Part shown: positions 39,132-52,550 of the stretch, piece by piece
Position numbering within the stretch: the stretch's first letter is position 1
How the letters are laid out: the number at the start of each line of letters is the position of its first letter
Assembly: GCA_030390025.1 (NCBI GenBank)
Contig: CM059432.1
Span: forward strand, 59,770,001 to 59,834,000
DNA: 64,000 bases
Direction: 5' to 3'
Origin: Squalus acanthias
Taxonomy: Eukaryota
Translations under genes and position numbers: made by a program
Notes under the pieces: model-generated
What the model was told of the DNA's origin: nothing
Database searches by the model: none
What the model saw: only the letters and a program-made list of their open reading frames with translations

Positions 39132-39567
39132 ATTGTTTTTAACCTGCAGGGAAGCTGTAAAAATTAACGAACTGGTAAATGGAAACATTGTTGTTTAAAG
39201 ACCAAAAAGATAATGGAGTGTGGGCCTGAGCAACTGGTGTTACAGCGCCACCAATGATGGGAGACCTGTACCTAAAGTATGGCAGGCGGATAGGATTTTC
39301 ATGTTATATTAAAACGTTGATATCCCTTTAATGGGTTTTTTCTTTATAAATGTTTACATAGGGAGTTTCCATTAAGGATGTTGACATAAAAATCATTCAT
39401 GAAAAATCATGACAACAGGAAGTAAAGTTTTTGGACAGGATGTGTGTAGAGTCTCAAGATTTGTAAAAATATATAGATAGGAGTATGTTTCAAGGCAGAG
39501 CTGAACCTCATAGGCACATCCTAGTCTCATCCTCTGGCCATATGCAATGCTACAGCAAATATACGAG

Positions 39568-39731
39568 CGATGTTCCCGCTAAGATTTTTTGGGTGCGTGG
39601 CCCCTTTAACTGTCTGCGTGGCCCATTCAAATGATCACGCATATGCGTGTTTTTTCCATTTAAAAGCAGGCGAGTGCCCTGCGTGGGACCTCCAGACCGT
39701 TGCGCAGCCGTGCAGCTTAACGGGAACATTG
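39568..39731. mobile_element. hAT-type MITE (same family as 37634-37729)
   Basis: TIRs CGATGTTCCCGCTAAG / CTTAACGGGAACATTG; decayed 8-bp TSD (5 of 8 match). Confidence 0.7.
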
Positions 39732-39871
39732 CTTATGAGCTGTTTCAGACTTTACACATCCCCATTTCTGTACTAAACAGCCCAATCTATAATTGGGCTT
39801 CCAATGTGGTGGCCCGTCTCATACATAAAATGGGTTCTCATTCCAGTTCCTTCATCACTAGTAAAACACAC

Positions 39872-40030
39872 CTTTTAAATGGTTTCCCCCAATAGCGTAC
39901 AGACGATCATTCACCACAGCCAGAACATGAATTGCCCGTTTGGTGTTCATGTCCTGTTTTCTGGCCCATACATCCATTATTGGGTCATAGCAGTAGAGCC
40001 ACGATACATATTCACCATTATGAACGCCTC
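39872..40030 (-). CDS. KLHL14: Kelch-like protein 14, internal coding exon (3rd from last; absent from the ORF track)
   Basis: Translates (G)GVHNGEYVSWLYCYDPIMDVWARKQDMNTKRAIHVLAVVNDRLYAIGGNHLK(G); acceptor cacttgtag, donor AAG|gtgtgt; 159 nt, phase 1 to 1, in frame with both neighbours. Confidence 0.96.
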
Positions 40031-40064
40031 CTACAAGTGAAAATCAACATTGAAACTATTATTA

Positions 40065-40540
40065 CAAAAGGAAAATACTGCAGATGCTGGAAATCTGAAA
40101 TAAAAACAGAAAATGCTGCAGATACTCAGCAGGTCAGGCAGCATCTGTGAAGAGAGAAACAGAGTTAACGTTTCAGGTCGATGACCTTTCGTCAGAACTG
40201 AAAAAAAGCAGGAAATGGAACAGATTTTTAAGCAAGTGTAGGGGCTGGGAAATGGGGGAGGGGATGAAAGAACAAAAGGGAAGGTCTGTGATAGGATAGA
40301 AGGCAGGAGAAGTTAAGAGACATTAAGAGATATTCAAGGCAAAAGGAGATGGTAATGGGACAGGTTAAGAAACAAAGGATGGCTCTAGATGAAGTGTAAA
40401 TTGCGCTGGCAGAATGAAGGACAGCTGCCATGTGGGAGAGAAGAACAGAAGGCACAAACAAAAAGTGTGGAGAAAAAATATATATACGATAGGGGCCAGG
40501 TTATGATCTGAAATTGTTGAACTCTATGTTGAGTCCTATT
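40065..40540 (-). mobile_element. Penelope-like element 3' end / pLTR
   Basis: gcagatgctggaaatctgaaataaaaacagaaaatgctg...actcagcaggtcaggcagcatctgtg terminus, a hammerhead core, then a purine-skewed stretch. Confidence 0.75.
40160..40200 (-). ncRNA. Minimal type I hammerhead ribozyme motif
   Basis: CAGUU-CUGACGA-A-AGGUC(AUC)GACCU-GAAA-CGUUA-ACU: both core boxes, 5-bp stem II, palindromic stem III (AACGUU), short stem I. Confidence 0.65.
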
Positions 40541-41789
40541 GAAACTATTATTATTGTATATCACTTTACATATGATGACTCCATTTCACTAGGGGAATGT
40601 ACTTTGTCATTGAACATTGGGAATATGAAACATATGTGTAAGATTATAGCCTGGAAATTAATGACCTGTATATCATATGAACTCTAAACACACACATTAA
40701 ATTTCTCTCTCTACTAATTTAACAGAAATGTAATTTAGGAATAACAAGTTAATGTCTTTGTTAAAATAGTGGAGACAATAATTTAATGTGAGCATGTTAT
40801 GTAAGAACATTGGGATTGATACCCTGACAAGAATATTCATTTAGGGCACCAGATGAATCCTTAAATGCTTCAACTTAACTTCTCATCAAGGAACTGTCTG
40901 GGGTTTACCACCTAGTCAGAGAACAAAATCATGAACTAAAAATTGTTTATTATCCTTATAATCAGAGTGAGCAGCACTTAAATTTAAAAGTTGAGTATGC
41001 AAATAATTAATAGGTAGGATCAATTGATGAAAAAAATAATGGAAGTTAAAATGGCAGTCCAGTTATATCACAGTATTTCAGCATTAATTGTTTGCTGATT
41101 ATAAATTTATAATTGAGATTAGTGTCTGAGATTGATATGAATTGGTGAGATTAATTTAGGATTAGACTCCTTAGATAACTGACAAGTTAACAGCATTTGA
41201 TAACCTGTCTATTGAATCATATCTATATGCTTGCAGTTAGCAATGTTTTCAGAACTGATACAACCTCATCTTTATGAGCTGGCATTTTTGAACTGGTTGC
41301 CTTGCCTTCCTCTGGGAGGATGCCGTTAGCCTGCTGAAATGTCAAAATGATGAACCGCTCCTCCTGGATCCTTTGCTTTCAGGTAAATTCACCTTGCATG
41401 ATGATAGCTGTATAGATGGCTTAAATCTTACCTCCCTTGATGTCAGAAAAACTTGTGCATCCGGTGAAACACTTGTACTTGCCTATATCTGGTTGGTATA
41501 ATCTACAACCGTACAATTTTAACTTTTGTAACCTATCTCTTTCTGTCAGAGATGCACTTTCCATATAGTGACAATAACAGAGACCTGACTCAAACAAAGG
41601 GAAGAATGGGCACTTAATATTCCTGGCAACAATGTATTCAGGAAAGCTAGGAAAGGAAAAAAAGGGAGGAGGTGGGGTGGTAGCAGTATTGAACAAAGAT
41701 ACTGTTACAGCACTAGAAAGGGATGATGTACTTGAGGGTTGAAAGACAGAATCTATTTGGTTAGAATGAAGGAACAATAGAGGAGTTCG

Positions 41790-44700
41790 GGTAAATGGCC
41801 ACTGAAAATGATCGCAGCGCTACCCGGGAAAAATTTGCGCTGGGGGCTACAGATTTTTAGCCCAGCCCTAACTTACTGTGTAACGCCCTCCTGGTGGCAT
41901 TAGTGTAAGTATGGAGGTCAAAGTGCCCGTCCTAAAATAGTGTTCCAGCTTCTAGCAGCCTCTGGGAGCGAGGCTGTAGAGTTCGCAAGGAATTGTGGGC
42001 AATTGAAAGGGCTAGGAATGCGTTCAGGACTAATAAAAATTAAAATGAAGTGAAAAAATGCAGTTTTCAGCCCTTACTGCCTTAAAAAAAAATTACCATT
42101 AAAAAGAATTCCCAAATGGGAGTCTTCAGCACTTAAAGCTGAATTAACCTCTGAACCTCAAAAAATGGGAAAAGTGCTTCAGCACTAACACAAATGGTTC
42201 AGCAAGCCAGGGAAGGGGCACCCAGGGTCTCGCACGCAGCACTCCAGCTTTGTGCAGGGATCAACACTGTAAGAGAGGTCCTCTACCCACAGGGGCCAGG
42301 AGGCCCTCCAGAAAGAATGATGTGGGACCACATCACTGAGACCATCACTGCCAGCAATGCTGCCCCTATCACCTGGTTCCAGTGCCCAAAGAAGCTTCAT
42401 GACCTTAGACCACTGGTCAAGGTCAGTGAATGTATCTTCAAAAGCTGTCTCCGACCAACTGAATCACTAACCTCACACACTGCTCAATGCACAACTCCCC
42501 CCCCAATCACACACCTACCAACAATCTGTACCAATCACGAGGCACATCTCCCATTCCTAGCCTCACCTCACCCCCTTGGAGGAGACGGTGCAGGCCATTC
42601 CTGGCAGGGCCATGGCTGAGCCCTTGGCCAGCGGCGGGGCAGAAAGGATACAAGATGCTGGTATTCTCATATGTTATCCTCCTTCTCGCATGCACCGCCT
42701 GCTTTCCCGCCCTCCCCTCACCACAACTCCATCCTTGTGCCTTCCTCATTTCACACACCCAAGCAATGCAGCCTGCCCAGCCTGTGGTTGGCCAAGAAGA
42801 GGGAGAGGAGAGTAAAGAAGAAGAAGAAGAAGAAACACCATCACTTGATTAGACTCTCCCAGCCACCAGCAACTCAAGGTCGACCTGCAAGGCCATTTGC
42901 AGTGTTCCCCACTGAAAGTCAGCAGCCTTCCACCAGCCATGCTGCAGCCACTGGGGTAGCACTGCATGACATCAGTCAGATAGGTAAAGGCACACACAAG
43001 ACAGTCACTAAGAGAATGCATAAGGGGGATGAGTTGATTTCTTGATGTCATATTGGATGGATAGATGTATAAAGTTGGATTGGAAAGTTTGCTTTGTGGT
43101 GGCTTTTATTTCAGCATCGTGGCCAAGAGGACAGTAACAGAGGGAAAGTAAGGTGTGGGTCTAATGTTGAAAGGGGAATTGGGGTTGTGGTCACTGGGAC
43201 CGCAGGCGGATGATTCCATCCTAGATATCCCGGCCAAAAAGGGCCTGTCTGGGTTGCATCCTTCCTTTTGCCTCCTCCTCTTCTGCTTCCTCCTCTTCTG
43301 CTTCCTCCTCTTCTGCATCTTCCTCTTTCCTCTGCGAGCGGATGCTGTAAATCTGAAATAAAAGCATAAAATGTTGGAAATACTCAGCAGGTCAGGCAGC
43401 ATCTTGACCTGAGACATGAGCACTGTTTCTCTCTCCACAGATGTTACCTGACCTGCTGAGTATTTGCAGCATTTTCTGTCTTCTCAGAGGCCTTCTTTTA
43501 CCATCTGAGGCCTTGCAAGCATCCAGCAGCACTCCCTACGCACTTAAAAAAACTTTTAACATCTATTGCCCGAAGCCACTACTTCAGTAAAAAAAATGTA
43601 AAAGTTCAAAAGCTAGGGGCTCGATTTTGCCAGCCCTGGGGAGGTGGGTATGGAGGCGGGACTGCCGGGAAAATGGCAGCATTTGGGGGCAGGTGCCCAA
43701 CCCTCCCCCAACCCGCCTCCGTTCCATCTTGCCAGGAGGTGGGTAGCCATCCCGCCCCGGCTCCCGTCTCCTTGGAGGCGGGAAGGGATTACAGACACTT
43801 AACTGCCTGTTAACAGGTAGTTAACAGGCAGATAAGAGGATTATCCCCATTTTGCCCACACAAGTGCAGGCTTCCAGAAGGCTCCGAAACCCGCCAGGTT
43901 CACCGAGGCGAGTAGTGGGTCTGTGGGGGTCGGAAGGGTCCAAAAGTGTGCTGTGGAGGTGAGTGATGGGTGCAAGTGTGGAGAGGTGAGTATCTGAGGT
44001 AAGTGGAAAGTGTTAGAAAAAGTGTACTTACCTTTGTTTCTTCCTGCAGGCTTCAATCGGTGGGTATACAGAGAGTCTTGCACCTCCCCGGCAGAGATGA
44101 TAGATGGCCGTTGCATTCTCCAATGCAACAACCATCTAATTTCTGCAAAAGAAAGAGGTTTGATGAGGTCTTGAATTTAAGAACTCATCAAACTACAGAG
44201 AATGTCAGTGTTTGACAGCTTCACAGAGCTGTCAAACGATGACAATTCATCTGTCAAAAATTTTTGACAGATGAAACGTCATATGCTGACGTTCTCTGTA
44301 ACCAGCTTTCCCTTAATTGGCCTGCTAAGCCCGCTGGGCGGGCTTAACAAGGTCAATCAAGGGAAAATAGTGTGGGTTGGCCACAAGTTGATGGAGGCGG
44401 GACTGAAAGCCAACAAGTGGGAGTCCCGCCTCCAAAAGCTCCCCATTGGCAAAATCTAGCCCTTAGATGCAAACTTACCTGAAAGATGTGTGTGTCCCTT
44501 TAAGAGGTGAGCATCTCTGTGAGTCTGCTTGCACGCTGGGTTTACCTGGACTCAGTGCTAGGGTTGAAGTGCGCCGTGGTGACGTTAAGTTGGCGTTGCA
44601 TGCCGACTGACGTCACCACTCCGCCATTTTTCTTTGCAGGGCGATACTTCATAATGGCAGCACAACTGGGCCTTCGAAAATGGAGGACGCCACGGGACCC

Positions 44701-44790
44701 GCCACCAGCTGCCGAAAGACCTGTGGCCGCCCTCTTTTCGCCACTTTTTTGCCGGTAACGGGTGGGGTTAAACCTCTGAATTTTTAGCCC
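41790..44790 (+). mobile_element. Non-autonomous Harbinger derivative (sister of 8729-11098) with nested element
   Basis: Deleted Myb gene (MVQQAREGAPRVS...QCPKKLHDL), transposase 3' stub, Penelope hairpin at 43345-43480; right end GAATTTTTAGCCC at 44790; CR1 pieces on both flanks. Confidence 0.8.
43617..44462. mobile_element. Harbinger-type MITE nested in the previous element
   Basis: TIRs GGGCTCGATTTTGCCA / TGGCAAAATCTAGCCC, same type as 16104-17567; TSD ambiguous. Confidence 0.8.
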
Positions 44791-44844
44791 GTAGAGATTA
44801 AAATGAAATAGAAAAAGGAGGCTTATGATAAATGTTAGGTTCAC

Positions 44845-45922
44845 AGAATCATAGAATAGAATCACAGAAATTTATGGCACAGAAGGAGGCCATTCAGTCC
44901 AACGTGTCTGTGCCGGTCGAAAAAGCGCTATCCAGCATAATCACACTTTCCAGCTCTTGGTCTGTAGCCCTTATGGTTACTGCATTTCAAGTGCATATCC
45001 AAGTTTCCGCCTCTACCACCCTTTCAGGCAGTGAGTTCCAGATCCCCATAAACCACTGGGTGGAAAATGTTCTCCTCAACTCCCCTCTAATCCTTCTATC
45101 AATTACTTAAATTTATGGCCCTGGTTATTGACCTCTCTGCTAAGAGAAATAGATCCTTCTTATCCACTCTATCTAGGCCCCTCATAATTTTATACACCTC
45201 AATTAAGTCTCCCTTCAGCCTCCACTGTTCCAAAGAAAACAACCCCAGCCTATCCAATCTTTCCTCATAGCTAAAATTCTCCAGTCTTGGCAACATCCTC
45301 GTACATCTCCTCTGTACCCTCTCTAGTGCAATCACATCTTACCTGTAATATGGTGACCAGAACTGTATGCAGTATTCTAGCTGTGGCCTAACTAGTGTTT
45401 TATACAGTTCAAGCATAACCTCCCTGCTCTTATATTCTATGCCTCGGCTAATAAGGGAAAGTATCCCATATGCCTTCTTAACCATCTTATCTACCTGTCC
45501 TGCTACCTTCAGGGATCTGTGGACATGCACTCCAAGGTCCCTCTGTTCCTCTGCACTTCTCAGTATCCTATCATTTATTGTGTATTCCCTTGCCTTGTTA
45601 GCCCTCCCCAAATGCATTACTTCACACTTCTCTGGAATGAATTCCATTTGCCAGTTTTCTGCACACCTGACCAGTCCATTGATATCTTCCTGCAGTTTAC
45701 AGCTTTCTTCCTCACTATCAACCACATGGCAAATTTTCGTATCATCTGCAAACTTCTTAATCATGCCCCTACATTGATGTCTAAATCATTGATATATACC
45801 ACAAAAAACAAGGGACCTAGTACTGAGCCCTGCGGAACCCCACTGGAAACAGCCTTCCAGTCACAAAAACACCCGTCGACCATTACCCTTTGCTTCCTGC
45901 CACTGAGCCAATTTTGGATTCA
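44845..45922 (-). mobile_element. CR1 3' portion, closely similar to the 12489-13880 copy
   Basis: KKFADDTK...LVRPQLEYCIQFWSP and the same 3' UTR. Confidence 0.92.
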
Positions 45923-46970
45923 ACATTCAGTAGAGAACCAAGCTGAATGCAAGAAGTACAGACGAGAACTGAAAAAAGAATTCTTCTTGTGGAAGCAGAT
46001 GGCATGGCCGAGGTACAAAATCAATACTTTGCATTTGTCCACGAAAGAAGAGGATGCTGCCAGTATCACAGTAAAGGAGGAGGTAGTAGAGAAACTGGAT
46101 AGGATAAAAATAGATAAAGAGGAGGCATTAGAAAGGTTGGCAGCACTCAAAGTAGAAAAGTCACCCGGTTCAGATGGGATTCATCCTAAGTTGCTGAGGG
46201 AAGTTCAGGTGGAAATTGAGAAGGCTCTGGCCACAATCTTCTAATCCTCCTTAGATATGGGAGTGGTGCCAGAGGACTGGAGGACTGAAAATGTTACACT
46301 CAGCCTAACATCAGTGTTGGGTAAACTTTTAGAGACAATAATCCGGGACAAATTAATTGGTAATTGGAAAAATATGGGTTAATAAATGAAAGCCAACATG
46401 GATTTGTTAAAGGCAAATCGTGTTTGACTAACTTGATTGAGTTCTTTGATGAAGTAACAGAGAGGGTTGATGAGGGTACTGCGGTTGATGTTGTGTATAT
46501 GGACTTTAAAAAGACGTTTGATAAAGTACCACATAATAGAATTTTTAGCAAAATTAAATGGTTAAAGGGGCAGTGGCTGCATGGATACAAAATTAGCTAT
46601 GGGACAGAAAACAGAGACTGGTGAAGAAAGCTTGTTTTTCAGACTGGAGGGAAGTATGCAGTGGTGTTCCCTAGGGGTTGGTGTTGGGACCACTGCTCTT
46701 TTTGATATACATTAATGATCTGGACTTGGGTATACACGACATAATTTCAAAGTTTACAGATGACATGAAACTCGGAAATGTAGTGGACAGTAAGGAGGAT
46801 AGTAACAGACTTCATTCAGGAGGACATAGACAGACTGGTGAAATGGGTAGATACATGGCAGATGAAATTTAACGCAGAAAAGTGTGAAGTGATTCATTTT
46901 GGTAGGAAGAAGGAGGAGAGAAATTGGTACAATTTTAAAGAGCGTGCAGGAGCAGAGAGACCTGGGGATG
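45923..46970 (+). mobile_element. Decayed CR1 ORF2 fragment
   Basis: KSPGSDGIHPKLLRE, SQHGFVKGKSCLTNL and YMDFKKTFDKVPH motifs. Confidence 0.9.
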
Positions 46971-47681
46971 AAGTGGCCTGCAGTATTTTTGCTGGTCCTT
47001 TAAGGACCACTGGTTAGGCCAATTAATGCCTGGTACAAATGGGTGGAGTATGCCCCCCTCCACCGATTTTCAGCTGCAAGCCATTCATTTTCAGGTGAGA
47101 AACAGGCGGCCGGCTGGCAGTTGACATTTGCCCCCAGTATCTCATCTTTCCGCTGGACGCAATGCAGCCCTTTAGTTTAAAAGTGACTTTAGTAACTTCA
47201 GACCTTAGCTACACTCTCCATTTTCTTCACAGTAGCTTGTGGTATGGGGAGGTTCTATGAGTGTCAGGCAGGAGGTGAGGTCATTAACATTTGGTTCGGA
47301 GACCCTTGATCAGAGCACAGCACGAGCAGGGTCCTGAGCCCATGGCATGAACCAATTCTTTGTCTTTTCTCAGATTGGCACATTCACCATGCTTCACTTG
47401 CATATTCTGTTTTAATTTCAATCATTCAAAAAAAAACTCTCTTTCTTGATTGTTTCTTCATTTCTTTTTACAGCTGCTGACTGAAGTGCTTTTCTGTTTT
47501 ATTCTGATTTCTAACAATTTCTGTTTTTCCCTTTTTTTGTGATGTATGCAATTGGGTACAGATTTTTTTGCTGCACCATATCTGCTTTGCTCATTCACTG
47601 TTGCTTTGTCCAGGCAATAAGAAGTGGTATTTACATTGATGTCTGCAAGGATGGTTTCTGTGTTCAAGTTCCAGAGACATA

Positions 47682-48345
47682 GGCCGCGATTTTGCCAGTG
47701 CTCAAAGGGCGGGTTCGGAGGCAGGTCCGCTGTCAAAATCAAAATGATTGACAACAAGTTGGGAGCCCGCTCCGAACCCGCCTCCATGTAAGTTTCCAAA
47801 GTGTCGGGTCTGCCATTTCAGAACAGACACCAAGCGGTGGGGGAGGCATTTAAGATAGTTAAATGCTTGTTAAACGCTTGTTAACTAATATTTTGCCAGC
47901 CTATTTCTATTTTACCACTTTTTTAACGAGGTTCATGTTGTTCGGAGATCACGTCAGGTAAGTAGGTCGGGTTCTCTCTGTCTCCCCATTGCGTGAATAG
48001 GTAACAGCTGCAAAAGTGGTCTGACAGCTGGGCTCCAGCCATGGCACCACGCTGCCCTGGTGGCCTCGTGTGGGCCATCGGAGACGCTGCAGAGCTCGCA
48101 GCGTCCCTTCCCTTTAACGGAAGGGGAGGGGCGAGAAATGCGTCAGCGCTACGTGGAGTGGCCACGTAGTGCTCCGGCGTTCGAGTGCTTTGTGCCCCCA
48201 ACACTGCCCTGAGAGGAAGTGGAGCGCCCGACATAGCGCTTCACTTCCTCCCGGGAGCGGTAAGCCGAATTTAGCTCCGGGCGCTAAATGTCCGGCGCTA
48301 TTTCGGTTACCGCCCCCAAATGGGGCGTAACCGAATTTCGTGCCC
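47682..48345. mobile_element. Harbinger-type non-autonomous ends (possibly two fused halves)
   Basis: Left GGCCGCGATTTTGCCA, right CCGAATTTCGTGCCC; GC/CpG-rich subterminal sequence; flanks ata / agt do not match. Confidence 0.6.
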
Positions 48346-48914
48346 AGTGTATCTATAAGTAGTAACTCTGCCAGCAAGGTCTAGAAACCAACTGGACAGA
48401 GAGGAAAAGGGTGGGAAAGACAATATTGCTACAGAAAAAAACTTACTATTAATTCAGTTTTCAGTTTTTCCCTTTGTGTTTTACGTTTTAACTGTTTGAT
48501 TGAATCCCTAGTCCTCTGGTGTATTATTTATTGGTTACAAATATACTGGGCAAATAACCTACTTTTAGGTAAGCCCATACTAACTAAGGCAATGGATTAT
48601 TTCTTGCACTTCAACTTGTTGGGAATATAATTTTGGTAAGAATAACTGCAATGAACACAATCACTATCACCTGTGCTCCCTTGATTACTCTAAATTCTTC
48701 CTTACTAGAATGATGGAAAGAAATACATAAGGCCACAGGTTTCTGTTGCCGATAGTAACAAACAAATGGTTAACTTTTGAAGATTTACTAGTTTTGTCAG
48801 GGTACATTTCCAGGAATGGCTTGGATAGATGTCTGATTCTCAAATTCAGCAGGTGTTCAACAAATTTTGTAATCAGGTCTGTTCAATGAGGACAGGTCAA
48901 TTCTTCACAAGCAT

Positions 48915-51900
48915 TGATACTGAATACTGATGAGGGCGATGGTTCCTCTGGGGAGTACAGCCAGAGCCAAGTCCACGGCACCACGGGTGGCTCAGATGTA
49001 CTGGGGGTGGGGGGAGGAGGAAGCTCGGGACGGCAATAGTGGTAGGGGATTCGATAGTATGGGGAACAGACAGGCGTTTCTGCGGCCACAGACGTGATTC
49101 CAGGATGGTATGTTGCCTCCCTGGTGCCAGGGTCAAATATGTCACTGAGCGGCTGCAGAACATTCTGAGGGGGGAGGGTGAACAGCCAGAGGTCGTTGTC
49201 CATATCGGTACCAACGACATAGGTAGAAAAAGGGATGAAGTCCTGCAGGCAGATTTTAGGGAGCTAGGAAAGAGAGTAAAAAGCAAGACCTCAAAGGTAG
49301 TAATCTCCGAATTACTCCCGGTGCCATGAGCTAGTGAGTATAGAAACAGGAAGATAGAGTGGATGAATGCGTGGCTGGAGAGATGGTGCAGGAGGGAGGG
49401 CTTTAGATTTCTGGGACCTTGGGTCCAGTTCTGGGGGAGGTGGGACCGGTACAAGCCAGACAGGTTGCACCTCAACAGAGCCGGAACCAATATCCTCGCC
49501 GGGGGGCGGGGGGGTTGCCAGTGCTGTTGGGGAGGGGGGTTAAACTAATTTGGCAGGGGGATGGGCACCAGGATGTAGCATTAGAAAGGAGAAACAAAGT
49601 GCACAAAGGATGGGGAGAGACAGATAGCACTAGAGTAAGAAATAGTAATGTATTAGATGGGGTCAGACTAAGAGAGAATACAGGAAGGTCTAAGACAGGT
49701 TTACAGTGCATGTGTGTAAATACACGAAGCATGGCAAATAAGGTTGGTGATCTGAAAAGGCAAATAGCCAAATGGGAATATGATGTCGTGGCGATAACGG
49801 AGACGTGGCTCAAAAAAGGACAGGATTGGGTACTAAATATTCCTGGATATAAGGTGTTCAGGAAAGATAGGGAAGGAAAGAAAGGAGGTGGGGTGACAGT
49901 ATTGGTTAAGGAGAATGTAACAGTGCTGGAGAGAGAGGATATCCTGGAGGGGTCAAGGACTGAATCTATTTGGTTAGAGTTAAGAAACAATAGAGGTACC
50001 ATTACAATACTAGGTGTATTCTATAGGCCGCCAACTAGTGGGAAGGATATAGAGGACCAAATTTGCAGGGAAATGACAGAGAGGTGCAAGAACTATAGAG
50101 TAGTGATAATGGGGGACTTCAACTATCTTAATAAGGACTGCAATAGTAATAGTGTAAAGGGCAGAGAGGGGGAAGAATTTATGAAGTGTGTTCAGAAGAA
50201 CTTTCTTGAAAAGTACGTTTCTGGCCCAATGAGGAAGGAGGCATTGCTGGATCTGGTTCTGGGGAATGAGATGGGTCAAGTGGAGCAAGTGTCAGTAGGT
50301 GAACATTTAGGGAACAGTGATCATAGTATCATAAGGTTTAGATTAGCTATGGAAAAGGATAGGGAGCAATCTAGAGTAAAATTAATTAATTGGAGGAAGG
50401 CCAATTTCAGTGGGATGAGAACGGATCTGGCTCAGGTAAACTGGAATCAAAGATTGGCAGGCAAAACTGTAATGGAACAATGGGCTGCCTTTCAAGAGGA
50501 GATGGTTCGGGTACAGTCAAGGTACATTCCCACGAGGGGGCAACCAAAGCCAGAGCTCCCTGGATGGCAAAAGAGATAGAGATTAAGATGAAGCAGAAAA
50601 AGAGCACGTATGACAGATGTCAGGTTGCGAATACAAGTGAGAATCAGGCTCAATATAAAAAGTTCAGAGGGGAAATGAAAAAGAAAATATGAGGGCAAAG
50701 AGAGAGTATAAGAATAGATTGGCAGCTAACATAAAAGGGAATTCAAGTGTCTTCTATAGGCATATAAATAGTAAACGGGTAGTAAGAGGAGGGGTGAGGC
50801 CGATTAGGGGCCAAAAAGGAGGCCTACGCTTGGAGGCTGCGGTACTAAATGAGTACTTTACATCTGTCTTCACCAAGGAAGAAGATGCTGCCAAAGTCAT
50901 TGTGAAAGAGGAGGTAGTGGAGATACTGGATGGGATAAAAATTGATAAAACGAAGGTACTAGAAAGGCTGGCTGTACTTAAAGTAGAAGGTCACCAGGAT
51001 CAGATGGGATGCATCCTCCGACGCTGAGGGAAGTTAAGGTGGAAATCGTGGAGGTACTGGCCATAATCTTCCAATCCTCAATTGGATACAGGAGTGGTGC
51101 CAAAGGACTGGAGAATTGCAAATGTTACACCCTTGTTCAAATAAGGGTGTACTCTTTTGCATGGACCATAAACTGTAACTCTTCCTGAATTTAAATTCCC
51201 TAGTTGCCGTGGTGGGTTTTGAACTCACGTCTACTGGATTGTTAGTCCAGGCCTCTGGATTACTAGTCCAGTAACCACTATGCTACCATACCCGATCAGA
51301 TAAGGATGTAAGGATAAACCCAGCAATTACAGGCCAGTCAGTTTAACCTCGGTAGTGGGGAAGCTTTTAGAAACGATAATCAGGGACAAAATTAACAGCC
51401 ACTTGGACAAGTGTGGATTAATTAAGGAAAGCCAGCACGAATTTGTTAAAGGCAAATCGTGTTTAACTAACTTGATCAAGTTTTTTGATGAGGTAACAGA
51501 GAGGGTTGATGAGGGCAATGTGGTTGATGTGGTGTACATGGACTTCCAAAAGGCATTTGATAAAGTGCTACATAATATGCTTGCCAGCAAAGTTGAAGCC
51601 CATGGAATAAAATTGATAGTGGCAGCATTGATACGAAATTGGCTAAGTGACAGGAAACAGAGAGTAGTGGTGAACAGTTGTTTTTGGACTGGAGGAAGGT
51701 ACGCAGTGGTGTTCCCCAGGGGTCGGTACTAGGACCACTGCTTTTCTTGATCTATATTAATGACTTGGGTTTGGGTGTACAGGGCACAATTTCAAAATCT
51801 GCAGATGACACAAAACTTGGAAGTATAGTGAACAGTGAGGAGGATAGTGATAGACTTCAAGAAGACATAGACAGGCTGGTGAAATGGGCGGACACGTGGC

Positions 51901-52112
51901 AGATGAAATTTAACGCAGAAAAGTGTGAAGTGATACATTTTGGTAGGAAGAACAAGGAGAGGCAATATAAACTAAAGGGTACAATTCTAAAGGGGATGCA
52001 CGAACAGAGAGACCTAGGGGTATATGTGCACAAATCATTGAAGGTGGCAGGGCCGGTTGAGAAAGCAGTTAAAAAAGCTTACGGGATCCTGGGCTTCATA
52101 AACAGAGGCATA
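48915..52112 (+). mobile_element. Long CR1 LINE: ORF1 SGNH esterase plus ORF2 endonuclease and RT (disrupted)
   Basis: ORF1 VVGDSIV...CLPGARV...VVHIGTND...DRLHLN; ORF2 VAITETW, GVFYRPP, MGDFN, LLDLVL, SDH, then RT motifs; cut at 52112 by a Harbinger end. Confidence 0.95.
51170..51292 (-). mobile_element. tRNA-derived SINE head inserted in CR1
   Basis: Minus strand GGTAGCATAGTGGTTA (A box) ... GAGTTCAAAACCC (B box); interrupts CR1 between PLFK and KDKPSNYRP. Confidence 0.65.
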
Positions 52113-52550
52113 GGCCGTGAAATTCGGCTCCTTTGTGCCTGTCGTTAGCGTCTCCGGGGAGCGCTAACGGGGGGTAAAGGACTTATCACCTGGGTGGGGG
52201 CAGCACCTCTCACGAGAAATTCGGCGGGGCACTACTGAGGCGCTAGCCGATAGCGCCACGCCCCCACCGGTAGCGCCTCAGGCTGCTGCGCCGCCAGTGA
52301 TGACGTCATCGCCGTGCGCCGCGACCCCTTATCGCCCCATGGCAGAAATTTGGCTGCCCCCCGCGAGGCTGCTGTGGGCGGTGTCAGCCCCAGCCTCGCG
52401 GGTCGCGAGCCGGGCAGACCTCCGCTCACGGGGTGCTAATTAAAGGGAGATGCGGCCGCGACCCGCGCCGCCATTTTGGTTTTTTTGGCCGACCTCCAGG
52501 TCGGCCCTACGTGACAGCCCTTGCCATGGTCTGTGGCCACCATCGCACAG
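52113..52550. mobile_element. Harbinger-type terminal fragment
   Basis: Starts GGCCGTGAAATTCGG, matching the end at 48345; CpG-rich; truncates the CR1. Confidence 0.65.

Noticed and set aside
51170..51292. tRNA gene
   Set aside because: A and B boxes are present but there is no cloverleaf; it is a SINE head inside a CR1.
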